NCBI GenBank assembly: GCA_951406725.2
Contig: OX597818.1
Span: forward strand, 144,212,001-144,276,000
Source of the DNA: Octopus vulgaris
Lineage: Eukaryota
DNA: 64,000 nt
Direction of reading: 5' to 3'
Both the position numbers and the translations under genes were made by a program. The notes beneath the pieces are model-generated. The model ran no database searches. It had not been told where the DNA came from and worked only from the letters and a program-made list of their open reading frames with translations. Positions within the stretch are counted from its first letter, which is position 1. Every line of letters begins with the position of its first letter. Below, in pieces: positions 13,855-26,812 of the stretch.

Positions 13855-14271
13855 GGATCTTTTCGGTTTGACCGGCAGATTTTTAAAATAATTTCCCCGT
13901 AGCTAAACACTTTTAAACTTCTTATACTTGTAGAATGTGTTTATAAAACATCTTTTTCTCTTGGCTTTATTGAGAAAATTCTATAGTTTGTAAGATATTT
14001 GTTGTTTTTTTTCTTTAATTTCTGCAATTTCAACCAATCAATGACGTCTATTGAGGTGAAAACATTCTGTGCCGTATGAATATGTCCCTCGTTTAAGAAA
14101 CAGATTGGGTTTATTTACATTTCTGAAGAAAAAAAGATACCCTTCCTCTCACCCCTAACCCTAACCCTAAAACAGATTGAAATGCAATAGATTGATACTA
14201 GGGTCATAATTTTGGGTGACAATTTCATATGACACCGCTAGAAAAAACTGCCGTTCAAACCAAAAAGATCC
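13855..14271. mobile_element. 417-bp MITE with about 28-bp TIRs, 8-bp TSD and internal (CCCTAA)3
   Basis: TIR GGATCTTTTCGGTTTGACCGGCAG / CTGCCGTTCAAACCAAAAAGATCC; GATGTATT at 13847-13854 and 14272-14279. Confidence 0.9.
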
Positions 14272-15689
14272 GATGTATTCAGTTGAATTAATAGCCATTA
14301 TTAGTTTCATGGATTTACACTAATGTCTTTTCCTTTTTATTGTTTTAATATGATAAATTGTAAATAATGTTCAAGGCGTTAATAACGAAAAAATCACAGT
14401 AAAACCATATAATCTGACTTGGCTGATTGTAAAATGAAAAAATATTTAGCTTCTTTGATTGAGGCCTTCATTTAAGTCATTCTCAATGAAATGATTCTGG
14501 TTGTGATTTTGCTTCTATTAAAAGTTTCTAAGCACACATTCTTAATACCCTTTTGATCTTGATAAATGTTTTCCATTGACAAGGCCATTAGAGTGACTGA
14601 CAAAATGCCAGCTATATTTGGTTACAGCTTATTACATTGGGTTCAAATAAAGTATGAGTGAAGTTCTAGGTTGATTAAATATTCCTTAGAAGCAACCTAA
14701 AAGTAAATGAAATTATAATAGAAGACTTGAACGGTTCTAAATATTTTAATGTTCGATTGTTTTCTCAGGTGGATACGTAAAATGATGATTATCAAAAAGA
14801 CACAAGAAAATTAATAGAATATGATTTATATGTAGAACCAGTAGTGGAGAGCCTGAATTCAAAAGGCTGAAGAATCTCATCAGCTCAAAAACAGCTGATG
14901 TCTGGGGCACTCTTGTCTAAGTTTAAACAACTTGTTTTTGTCTAGTCAAACTTCATTGATCATATCTATGACCAAAGACATTCCAACCATGACCATCTTA
15001 TGACAACATTGCTAGGGATGGGTATGAGAACCAAGAGAAGTGAGCATTGAAGCCACTAGGGATGGTTTTGGAATGGCAAGAAATTAGATATATGTTCTCA
15101 ATGCAGAAGAGATATGGTTAAAGTGTTGTTGATAGTTCAAGAAAAAAAGGGAGCAAGAAAGGAGACTCTGAGCTGTATTGCGGAGATACAGGTGAGAGAG
15201 GTAAATGAAGAGGATAGTGTAGTCTATGTATGCACAGATTTCATCTTTTGAAGAGAAGCTCGAGTTGAGGATGTATTTTGAACAGCAGAGATGAATTGTA
15301 GATGGGACTTGAGGAATTTGCCTCTCAGAGAGAAATAAGGTACGTGGTTTGCATGTAGGATGTGGTGAATGAGACTTAGGTTGTAGAGTTGTAAAGAAGT
15401 TTTGAGATATTTTAGAATAGAAGAGGGTTTAGATCTACGTTTTGATATCTTAGAAAGTATAGAGAGTAAAGATGCATGTCTAGGTCACAGAACCTTCAGG
15501 TCAGAGGTCTACTCTGAATGTTTACAAATGAGTGAACTCAGCTAAATGTATGCAAGGGCCAGGGTGTGGTGCACCAACCTTTCAAACAAAAATGGTAGGA
15601 AGACCTTCAGTACCATATAAAAGTCAACGACATTGGGACAAGAACAACAGAAAAATAAAAGGAAAAATAAACCGCAACTGAATATCCAC

Positions 15690-15860
15690 AGTTTACATTG
15701 AGTACACCATGTGAAATTCCTACTTATTCCTTTTTGAACATTTATGAATATCAAGCATGGCCATTTCCTTGATTCAGCAGAGGCTTTTTTCTTACCTGCT
15801 AACAAAAAACTTACGAACACCAGCAATACGGTTCAAGTTCATTTTTATGCCCATAACCTC
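15690..15860 (-). mobile_element. Old RTE fragment (PHD-finger region)
   Basis: KWPCLI..KGISRNFTWCTQCKLW matches WPCSICRKGVGRNSIRCTKCKLW of younger copies. Confidence 0.7.
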
Positions 15861-16171
15861 CACAAGATGCACATGCATATCAGTTTTTAAAAACAATTGT
15901 TTGCGACTGCTACCCACGACATTCAATACAGCTGCATTTTGGCATCTCATTTCGAGGAAAGTTGAAAGGCTACCTGCGATTTGGGTCTCAGCCATAGACC
16001 AGCATGTCTTGGAATATCTACAATTACATCCCTGAAATAAATTTTTGGAATTTACCATATAAAAATGACATTTGAAAAAATCGCATTTCTTTTGCAGTTC
16101 AGCGTACATTGTTTAATGTAGGATGAATGAGAAAGGAGTACTCAGGACATGTTGTAGAGGATATGTCATTT

Positions 16172-16341
16172 TTTATTAAAACTGAAGCTGAGATCTTTCC
16201 TTGAAACATTAGTTTCACACCACTACTTTACCTGAAAATCTCAGTTGTGTGAAACTCAAGTTGTGAGACAAGCTCTCAGCTTCAGTTTTAATAAATTAAC
16301 ACGCATATATTAATTTATTAAAACTGAATCTGAGAGCTTGT
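16172..16341. repeat. Three-arm inverted repeat (A, A', A)
   Basis: tttattaaaactgaagctgaga at 16172, its reverse complement within 16268-16299, and a third copy within 16310-16341. Confidence 0.85.
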
Positions 16342-16379
16342 AAACAAACTAAAAGATTGCAGAGTTGCAGTAGTGTTTG

Positions 16380-17635
16380 AGGTGAAAGTGGGTGGCAAGT
16401 TTTCAGCCCTTAACCATGTAGAAGGTAATACAAACAGCCTGACCAACAATACAAGAAAGCACTTCATGAAATGGCTCTAGAAGTGCCAAAGAGAAAAGAA
16501 GTAAAAAGAAATCATGGGTCACTGATGACATCTTGAACCTATGTGACTTATGATGGGACCAGTGAAAGCCCAAACTAATAGGTCAAGAGGCAGGTCAGCA
16601 ATACAAAGCTGTGAATAGGAAGGTTAAGAAGAAAATGAAGGAGGACAAAGAGAAATGGATAACAGACCAGTGCAAAATCATCAAAGCTGGGATTAAAAAG
16701 GGCAACAGCAAGGTTGCTTATGAAACCCTCAAAGTCCTAATGGAAACAAAGAAGCACACAACCATAATTATTGATGACAAAACAGGCCTGCTTCTCACAA
16801 ATGAGATCGATATCATCAAAAGATTATCTGAATAGACCTTTACAATCACAATCTAAATCATGACATCAACTTGTCCAACCACAACAACAGAAAGAAAACT
16901 TGGAGACATTCCAATTCTCCATGATGAAGTTGAAGAGGAAGTGTGCATGCACAAAGATGGAAATCCCCAGGAGTGGATATCAACAGAGCTCCTAAAATAT
17001 GGAAGGCCAAAGCTTATCAAGGTCCTAGCAATTACTTATCAGCAGAAGATGTGGGAGATGAAGTAGTGGCCAAAGGAGTAGATCCAAACATTGATGATAC
17101 CCATTCCCAAGAAAGGCAAGTTAATACTTTGCCAGAATTGTAGAACAATCAACCTAATTAGTTACCCCAGCAAAGTATTGTGCCATGAGTTCTGCTAAAC
17201 AGATGTCAGGATTTAGGCCTAGAAGGAGTTCTCTAGAGTAGATATTTAACACCAGGCTACTCTTCAACAAGCATCAGTAGTACCAGTCTGATTTCTATCA
17301 CAACTTTGACTTCCAAAAAGGCATCTGATCATTTTTGGCACAATGGGTTGTAGAAAGTGGTGACGAATTACAACTCTGACAACAATCTCATTGAAGTAAT
17401 ACAAATACTGTATAAAAACTTAAACAATGCAGTTCTGAACAACATCAGAAAATTCTTCAGGGCAACAGTGGATGTTCAACAAGGATGTCTCCTCTTTCAA
17501 GTACTTTTAAACATCTTACTAGAGAATATCACGCAGGAGACAAGTCAATCCTTCCACCTGTATTTTGCTGATGATATTGACTTGTTAGGAAGCAGTAAAG
17601 CAAACTCCAGATATTTTAAGCATCTCAGCAGAGAT
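16380..17635 (+). mobile_element. Ancient RTE/BovB-type LINE relic, distinct from the main RTE family
   Basis: KEKWITDQC, GKSPGVD, IPIPKKG, CRTINLI, QQGCLL and YFADDIDLLG across broken frames. Confidence 0.8.
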
Positions 17636-17639
17636 TCTT

Positions 17640-17970
17640 GACAGGCCAGGCTTTTGCTGTTTTTATATCCTTAATTACTTTATCTACCAAGCTACTGTCA
17701 ATTCAGATAGCTGGTCCCTCTATTGAGTCCACATTAGTCAGACTCTCCTCCCATTCATTCTCTACATTTAGCAGCCTTTCATAGTGGCACTTACAAGCTT
17801 CTTTCTGTTCAGAATCATTAACTGCAAGTGAAACATCATCCATGCAAATACACTTCTCTCCTACATCATGATTTTTTTCTGACTCACTGTCTTGCAATCC
17901 AAATCAGCTCAAGTCTCTGGTCCTCATGTCACAGAACATTAGCATCTGCTATCATCACTCCTTCATCATG
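17640..17970 (-). mobile_element. RTE fragment
   Basis: DVGEKCICMDD..CHYERLLNVENEWEESL..IEGPAI matches the 51840-52010 region. Confidence 0.85.
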
Positions 17971-18143
17971 GTGAATAGATAAGAGTCTATCCACCCTGAT
18001 GAAGGAGGCACTTGAGTTTACCAACGTTTGTTTGCTTCCATTAGCAGCTGCAAATTTTTGATCAACTACAATGTAATGCCTTCCCTCCTCTAATTCTTTG
18101 AGTCTATGAAATCTGTGTAAGTTTGCTCTATAAAAAATATATA

Positions 18144-18660
18144 TACGAGGTCTGATCAAGAAGTATCCAGACTGTTGCCATAGTAACACAACTAAAGCAT
18201 GCAGAGTGAAACTGCTTGGCAAAAATTGACCTTGAACTCAGCTGTGCATGTACACTAAGTTTTAATGTTCTAATTCACTTCCATTGTTTACAGCAGTGCT
18301 TGGTAGGAAGGTGTGTAGCATGTGATCGTGGCATTGACCATGACAGAAAAAGTTGTCATGGCGATACCTGCTCAGAGGCCCGCACAAAGTTACAGAAAGT
18401 GTATGGAGAGGAGTGTATGAGCCACACGTAAGTGTATAAGTGCTTCAGACATTTCCAGGATGGTCAAAGAAAGATCGATATTGACAAACGTTCTGGGAGA
18501 CCCACAGCCAGCAGAACTGAGAAAAACATCAGAGATGTGCGTGTAGCTCTCAGGGGAAATCCATGAGTTATCAGAGGATGTGCAGATTAGTTACGGTTCA
18601 GTTCAGTCCATTATCACTGAAGATTTGGGTATGAGACACATGTCTGCCAAGTATCTGTTT
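18144..18660 (+). mobile_element. Mariner transposon 5' relic (TIR plus HTH domain)
   Basis: TA-CGAGGTCTGATCAAGAAGTATCC terminus; KLQKVYGEECMS..F..G...DKRSGRP HTH region with stops. Confidence 0.8.
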
Positions 18661-18717
18661 ATTTGAATCATTGTCACTGTGTGTGTGTGTGTGAGTATAT
18701 ATATATATATATATATA

Positions 18718-19016
18718 CTAGCAGTATCGCCCGGCGTTGCTCGGGTTTGTAAGGGAAATAAATGTATAAGCATTTTTAAAGAGTTACTTCCCTTATATAA
18801 ACCGAGCAAAAATCATTAAAAATGTGCAAAAATGATGGTAAATTTTTTTTAAAATCGTAGACTCATCGTAGACGCGCGCTAATACCCAGAAGGGCTCGAT
18901 ATGAATCACGACTATAAGATACCCGGTTTTGGTTACACTGCACCGCAAAATGTGGGAGTAGTGAGGAATCTAAATCGGAGTAGACAGACACACAACTTCA
19001 TTTTTATATATAAAGA
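18718..19016 (-). mobile_element. Non-autonomous Helitron (299 bp)
   Basis: Minus strand starts TC (19016) and ends CTAG (18721-18718), with a CCCG..CGGG hairpin just upstream of the end; sits between A and T with no TSD. Confidence 0.82.
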
Positions 19017-19149
19017 TATATATGCTAGCATGGAAGGTGAACTTTAAATGATGATGATGGTACCAAAAAAAAGAAAATTTGCTGCATTTCATGTAATAAG
19101 TTCAAATCAGCACAAAACATATCGTAAATATATTTATTCATTCAAAATA

Positions 19150-20550
19150 CCATCATTAACAATAACATTTTCCTATTCATCAGGCAAAAATAATCAGGTT
19201 CTTTGAAAGAGAAAAGTGTTTGAAGTGTTGTTTCAACATCGTCCCTGCTTCTGAATGTTTTTTCCCTCATAAAGTGTTTAAGTAATAAGGTGAATAAGTG
19301 ACAAATTGATGGTGATAGGGAAGGTGAGAAAGAGTCTCTCAGCCAAATGAATTTATTGTCTCTTAGGTTATCTTTGCTAAATGAGGCCGAGCATTATCAT
19401 GGTGCAGGATAACTTTATATCTTTTGACTAGAGCGAGTTGGTTTTTGAACAAAACCTGACATTCAAGTCATTGACAATGAAGTTCTGCAGAGATGCTTTT
19501 CCCTTATTCCAATAATTTGAAGTGAACAATACCTATTGTTACAGAGATGTACTTGCATAGCGAGTGACTTGATCTGAGATCGTGTGCTTTAATGAAATCA
19601 ATTGCAGCCATTTAAGAAACACAAAACCGTTAGATTCACTTCAACATTTAAATTTTATTTGTCAAAATATTTACGTCGATTTGAGACTGCGACCTGTTCA
19701 CTGACAAAACATTGTGCTGCATGTTCACTGTCCGTGAACAGGTCGCGGTCTCAAAGCGACGAAAATATTTTGACAAATTAATTTAAATGTTGAAGTGAAT
19801 CTAACGGTTTTGTGTGTTTCTTAAATGACTTATAAACACCTTCCACGCTGCAATACCTATTGTATTCCACCAAATACAGAGTAAAATTTTCTTTGGGTAT
19901 TGGAACTAGATTTTCATTTGGTGAAAACCACTGCTTCTTGTATTTATTGTTGGGATAAACTATCCATTTCTCATCACCTGTTACAATTTGATTAAGAAAG
20001 TATTTCTTCAATCTTGATTAGCAATTTATTAAATACACTGCTTTATTCTCAGGGAAAGATCATGAGGTACTCATCTACCTTCCTTATACATGCTCCCAAC
20101 CTGTTTGAGATGATCTTCCACAAGGTTTATTAAGCTCCCTGGTTTTTTGACACAGATCGCCTTCAATTCCTGTTTTCACGGGGTCATTATTGAGAACAGT
20201 AGGTATTTCTGATTGATAGCCATACAAAAGATTGCAATCACCATTTTTGAATTAGTCAAATTATCTTTGGCATTTCCAAATGCTCACACCATCAGGATAT
20301 ATAAGTACATATGTTTTTCCTTGAATGCGTTAACCTTACAAAATTCATTTAGCATGCAATACCAAATATGCAGCTCACTAAAGTCCTTGTTTTCCATGGG
20401 TTATCAGACAGAATATACAAACACACAGTACATGTCCACATTATGTTTGGTAATTAACATCATGCTGATTGTTTGATTGCAAGAACACCTTTTATTGGCT
20501 TGAAAACTATTTGTGATATGATAGCAGACTATTTGCTTGAACATATGGTA
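19150..20550 (-). mobile_element. Decayed mariner (DD34D-type) transposase, interrupted by the foldback insertion
   Basis: FLNQIVTGDEKWIVY first-Asp motif and an ILHHDNARPH-like second-Asp region near 19380-19410. Confidence 0.8.
19540..19850. mobile_element. Foldback element with 13-bp flanking duplication, probably Penelope-derived
   Basis: About 55-bp unique head then long inverted arms; CAATACCTATTGT at 19527-19539 and 19851-19863; second copy at 28665-28992. Confidence 0.8.
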
Positions 20551-21314
20551 TTACTGCTTAACAGCACTCCTAATACATGCATGTGTGTGCGTGCACGCAC
20601 ATATAGTGCAGTATTTAGGGTATAACATATAACCAATCTTTAGATCTCCATGAGTTTCTTTAGTTTGAAAGATTTGTCTGTGAAGAGAAATCCAAGAGTA
20701 TTTTGTAGTTGTTCTCTGTCAATATTAAAAACAGAATAAACGTAGAAAAATAAAAGTGGGAATATATTCATAATTTGTTATATCCTTACACATGTTTCAC
20801 TAAAGAAAAGATCATTTATACAAAAGATATACCTTACAATCAGATAACATCATGAAGTCAGAGAGACTTTCTTGAATCAATTCTTATCCAGATTTACTGT
20901 CCTCCGAGACAGGTCAAAGGACATATTTCACACATCTAACTCAGCATTAGCATGGCTTCTGCAGCTGGATGCCCTTTCTAACACTAACCACTTGAAAGAA
21001 TATTCTGGATGAATTGAGATCACTTTGAATGTCACAAAACTGAAGAGTGCTCACTACTCTAAGAAGGAGACTAGAGAGAGAAGATAATGACAAAAGCTGA
21101 GCTTAGTGTGAGAGAAGCAAAAATGTATGTATCTTCTTGCCAATAGAAAATGAGCTGGTTTCTAACCTAGTTCAGGAATTTCAGCAACATCAATAGGGTA
21201 TTTGTGCATGTTTCTATGTACTTGTGCAATATTTGGATTCAGTGCACATGCAGATTTGTATGTTCTGTTTTATTATCATGCATATAGTTGAATGTCTAGA
21301 CATGTGCATATGCA

Positions 21315-21800
21315 CTTAAATGCTAAACTTTTGGAAAGTTTTACAAATCCTGACAGTTCCACTAATGAATTGTATTTGTAATCTTCTAATTAGCTTCCTT
21401 CTTTCTAATTTTGAGAAACCCAATTTCTTGATATTGGTGCTGAGGCTGCTTGTTACCTTTCCTGATGCCCAAATTATAACGGATATAAATCTGGACTTGT
21501 AAAGTACCTGTACATTTCTCAATAGTTCAGCATAGGTGTTTTTGTTTTGGCTGATCTTTACCTTTATGTTGACATCTGCCGAGCAACTAATTTCCACGAC
21601 TGTACAAAGTTTCTCCATCCTGTCACGTGGGTCTTTATTGCTTTGGCCACAATGTTATCATCATTGTAAAGTGTTTTTGTTATATCATATCTCATCAGCA
21701 GATAATAAAACAATGACATTTTTGTGTGGGTGATATCTTTGGTATTAACTCCACAAAGTCTGCATTGGTTATCACCTTTTGGTGTTTTCCAGCATCTCTG
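21315..21800 (-). mobile_element. R4/Dong-like (restriction-like endonuclease) LINE 3' relic
   Basis: CRLCG...ITH zinc-knuckle start, then VVEISC..K..Y.EL...VIIWASG resembling the RLE domain. Confidence 0.7.
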
Positions 21801-24800
21801 CACCTTTTTGTGTATTAGGAATTTGGTTGCTATTTTCTGTTCATAGATTGCATATACAACATATGTATGTATGTTTTTGCAAATACATATACAGATATAT
21901 TCATACAAAAAACACAAAGACATTTTTACTTATAAAGATAATATATTCTAACAACAAAAAATACATTTTGTAAACCCTTTGCATAAACCAGAATCAATTA
22001 TAAGTGTGTGTAAATATTAATACGTGATTGTTATTCAAATATGATGTCAAATGATATAATAAAATTAGTGTATAATCTTCCAGTTAGTCTTAGCAATTAA
22101 TTTTAACAACATAATTAACAACTGAAACAAACATCAATTCAAATGAGGACATGATATGGATTGTATAAAAATTAAAACATAAACAACATATGAAACAAAA
22201 ATCAGATTTGATATGCTTTTAAATTCAAATTGCAAAGATACTATTGACATTTTCTGTAATAAAATTACTTTCAATATATTTTTTTTAAAGTTTTTAATCA
22301 AATTTTCTTTTATTTTTCACTTGGGAATAGGTGATAGAGCCTTTATGACAAATTTCCACCTCATAATAATTTGTTTATAATTTTTTTTTTAATTTACAAC
22401 TAAAAGTAGATTCTACAGTAGGTTTTTCACAAACATGGGCCAAAGAAAACCAGTTTGTCTTTTATGTCTAGAGGGATGTAAGATGAAAATTAATCTTGCA
22501 ATTTGTTGAGAAAGATAAACAAGTATTAGAAATACTCTAGTGCTACTAAAATGCATGGGGCGTTCTATCTGGAACTATATTGTGATTATATAAAATTGGT
22601 TAAAATACAATGCTGGATATATTTTTATTATTACTTTTTTTCTTTTGCAGGGAAGGAGAAATATCAGCAATATTATTAAAATTATCAAGGGTCTACAATA
22701 CTAAAAAAAAACATGTCACAAAATATTATTCTATAAAATCAAAATATTTTTTTCTGCAAAGTTTTAACATCAAACTCAGATTTGCTATTTACATGGAGTG
22801 TAAATTTTTGAAATGGTTCTGTACTTGCAGATCACAGATAGCAAACATTGTACTGAACAAAATTTATCCAGCTACAAAGTTACATACAAGTTTTGCACAC
22901 ACACACACACACACAAACACAAACACATTATGTTTATATATACATTCACATACACACACAATGGCATGTATTGTGCATACATACAAGTATATGCATGCAT
23001 ATATAAAAACACCCAAGTTTCATGCATCTCTTATTTCTGATTGCTTTCAGATAAAATTCAAAATAACAGTTACAAAATTCAGATTTTGCAACTAACAACC
23101 CTATTGAGAAACTAGCTACAAGTTATATATATATATATACACACACACACATCATTGCCCAATTTCAACAGAAGATATTTAATTCTCTTCCTTGGTTTTA
23201 GGGCAAAATCAGCCAAAAATTGCCGATAATTGTAAGAGATTTGTTTGATGAAAACATAGCCAGTGAATAGCAAGTATAGGGAGGCTGCTTTTTAAAACTC
23301 TAAGAAGGAAGAATGCTAACATTCCTTGTGCTGGAAAGAACACAACTTCATGATTATTTTTTTAAGCAGTGCTACCTATGCAAAAGGAATAAATGGTATA
23401 TATTTAACATTAATATTTATAGTGCTGGTTTTATATTATACATAACATCTAAATGAATATTGATCTTAAATAAATTAAAAGAAAAACTTACTCTTCCTAA
23501 TAACAGTCCACAAGTTAGTAAATCATTATGTGCGTGTGTGTGTGTGCGTGCACCTGTGTGCACGCATACATGTGTGTTTGTGCCACAATTGTCTGTTTAT
23601 ATGTTTCTGTGTATCACTTCCAGCACAAACTATCCCTTATCACCTTATTTGGCAAGTGAAGCAAGACATCATATTTGGTGTCAAAAAATCATTTGTTCAT
23701 AAACATTTTTAACAAGTTTTTTCTCCCCTTTTCAAAAACTCAGAACAAAACGATATAATAATTGAAATATAAAAATAATTGAAAAATTATTGCACTCAAT
23801 CTTCATCTCTAACTTGGACATTTTTCACACAGTACTGAAAGCAAAGTGCAAATTAAACAGTTGAGAAAAAGAGAAGAATCAAGGGAAACTTTTAATTTTA
23901 TAACAGTAAGAGAAAATCATCAAAAAAGAATGTTTGCAAGAGCCATCATTTGCTTCTGATATCAGTACACCAGGAATAGTATAAAATATAGGCAGAAATT
24001 GTTGATTAGGTTTCGTATACAATTTGAACAATGCTTCATAGAATTCAACGTTTTTCACTCATCATCTAATTAAGAAATATTCATGAATTCAACATCAAAG
24101 TTTTCAGATTAAGAGCAAGACGATAACAATCATGACCAAAGGATATCATAGATATTTTCTTATTGTTTCAAAATAACAATAATGAAATTATTGTATACAG
24201 TGCTCAGGTGCACCACAACTTGTCAGAAAGTGCATATAATAAAACTAAAACTATATTTATTTCAAATAGGTTTTTACAACCCCTAATTGTATCTTGATTG
24301 TATAAACCATTTTCAGCCTTCTGTTTCCTTTTCACTCAAAATGTTTTAAGATCCCTTTTCTCATGTCCATACATTTTGCTTTGTTTTTGTCTTTTTTGCT
24401 GAATTTGACAAAATATTTTAGAAGTAAATAAAAGGTCTTAAAAGTTTATATCCCAAAATCTAAGATGGAAAAACCAAACAAATTTTATTTTAAAAAATTG
24501 GACAAGATTCATAAGCTGTCTTTAATTATCTTTCATAAATGATATTTATAGTTTAATTAGAGTGAGTAAATTCAATTCTATTTTTAGAAAAGGTATACTA
24601 AATGAATTATATATAAGAAGTGTGATGAACTAAGGTAAGGAAATGTGGCTTGCAAATATGGAAGATCTGATGCAATTAGAATGGAATACATAGATTATAA
24701 TCAGTTAGGACATGTGATATTAACTTAGAATTGAGAAAATGACTCAGTACTGAAGATAGTTATTAATTTAAACATGAGACATAGCTACACTAGTATGGAC

Positions 24801-25327
24801 ATATGGGAATCTTATGAAACTAGTAAGGTGAAAAAGATTCATTAAGTGACAATTAAAGGTAACCATGACAAAAACAGCCCAAGAAACACTTAGGGCAAAT
24901 GAAATACATCACATCTGAGAATGGTAAGCACTCTCAGGCAAGATGGCAGTTGATGCAGTTCCAATTTCATGCAAAAGTCATTTCAATACACTTCCACCAT
25001 TCTCACAGGAAAGGCATAAACGTAACATCATATTTGCTCCTTTTTAAAACATAACTCCATAAATCTAGTCAATAGGAATAACATATTAATATAATATTTT
25101 GTTATTTTTAGCCCTCCATAATTAATTTTTAATTTTCTATGGCGAAGTTAATTGTAGATCTTGCCAAAACTATATTTATCTGTATCAAGGGTGGGGAGAA
25201 GGGAGATAAAAAAAGAGTATGCAAAGTAAAAACTTACAATTTGCTAAACTGTTAAGCTACTTATTCCTTTTGATACCAATCCAAGCTGCATGGGACCACC
25301 TCTATTTCTATTATATATATCTATCTA

Positions 25328-25370
<43 letters not shown>

Positions 25371-26612
25371 TGTTTTGATGAGATTGTATTAAAATTAAAA
25401 CATTCCACCATTTTAACTTAATTGGAACAGATAAGTGGTGTATTTTGTTAAGAACATGGTCATAAAAGATATTTAAACTGATAAAGTTTCAATGCCTTGA
25501 TGACTGCTTTTGGTTTCCTCAAACAACTTTTAATCCACTAAGTATAAAAGAATTACATAAACATTTGGTAAAAGATAATCAGCTTTCTTTCATTTTTTTA
25601 ATAAGCATTATCATTTTCTAAATTTTCCGAAGATATAAGTATTTTAAAAAATTGCATTTAAAACACACATTCATACTCCTGTCAATGGCTGCCCACCATT
25701 CAAGGGATCTTTTCATTTTTTTAACCTAATATATTATGAGTGATTATTCATAGCTACATTTGCATTTGAAGTACTTCATAAAAAAGACTTCTTTTCATAT
25801 TTCTTGATGTTTATAAATTGAACATCACACACACACACACATTCATACAAACATTACCATTTTCCACAATTGTGAATATCTAGTAGATTTGCACACTAAT
25901 CTTTCCTTTTTCCATTCTCCCCATTTTTCTTATACTGTTGCTCTTGCATTTTGAAGGAGGTGTGTAGGGACATCAACAAAGTTTAGAAAGAAAAAAACAC
26001 TACTTTATAAAAACAATCTTTTATGGTAATAGACATTTTGTATATTCAATTCTTTATATTTCTACATCTGTAGCACATAAGGTAAACATTACACTCTCAA
26101 TACAACAAAGTAATTACCACAATGAGGTGTTGTAAATATGGGAGTATTTATTTGTGTTTATGTCATGTTTGAGATCATCATTAAATTTAGGTTAAGATTT
26201 ATAAAATAACAATAAAAACAAGAAAAACAATTTTAAAAACAATGTTTGTGCGTTTACATGTTTTTAAAAAAAAATCGAATTTCTAAACAGGCTGATTCTT
26301 TAATAAGATCAGATTCACGACTTAATTTTCATTCTACTTCCATTATCATTGAGAGAGATTTTAGCCCAACATAAACAAACATGCATATATACAAATACAT
26401 TACATACAAAATTATATATATATATATATGCAAATACACATATATATCTAAATACCCATGCATACACACACACACACATCTATGCTTATATGCTCTTTTG
26501 CTCTCTCTCTCTCTCTCTCTATCTATATATATATATATATATATATAGAAAGAGAGAGAGAGAGAGATGTGGGTGCACAAAACAGTATTGATTGAAATAT
26601 GTGTGTAGATAC

Positions 26613-26812
26613 TTAACATGTTCATGCATACCTGGATGTGGAAAGACCTTCACTGTAGAAATTGTTTCAGGAGAAAAGGCATCACTGGGTTAATTCTGAC
26701 ATCATTCAGAGTCCTGTAATGTTTTAACCCACAGTCTATACGGAGAATTGTTCTCCTGAGAGAATTTTCACAACAAAGTCTTTCCACATCCATGTGTACA
26801 TGAAAGAGTTAA
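26613..26812. mobile_element. piggyBac-like MITE (TTAA-flanked, about 60-bp imperfect TIRs)
   Basis: TTAA at 26613 and 26809; tggatgtggaaagac/gtctttccacatcca and tcaggagaa/ttctcctga arms. Confidence 0.75.

Noticed and set aside
14153-14170. Interstitial telomere
   Set aside because: Only three CCCTAA units, internal to a TSD-flanked MITE
13238-15500. Divergent head-to-head partner gene of TYW3 (CRYZ in vertebrates)
   Set aside because: No recognisable plus-strand coding exon; isolated acceptor-like sites at 14768 and 22650 have no supporting reading frame
15974-16031. AG/GT-bounded 58-nt minus-strand segment (DVIVDIPRHAGLWLRPKSQ)
   Set aside because: No recognisable homology, weak donor, and no partner exons
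22610-23095. 161-aa plus-strand ORF
   Set aside because: Low-complexity AT-rich sequence with CA repeats and no domain motif
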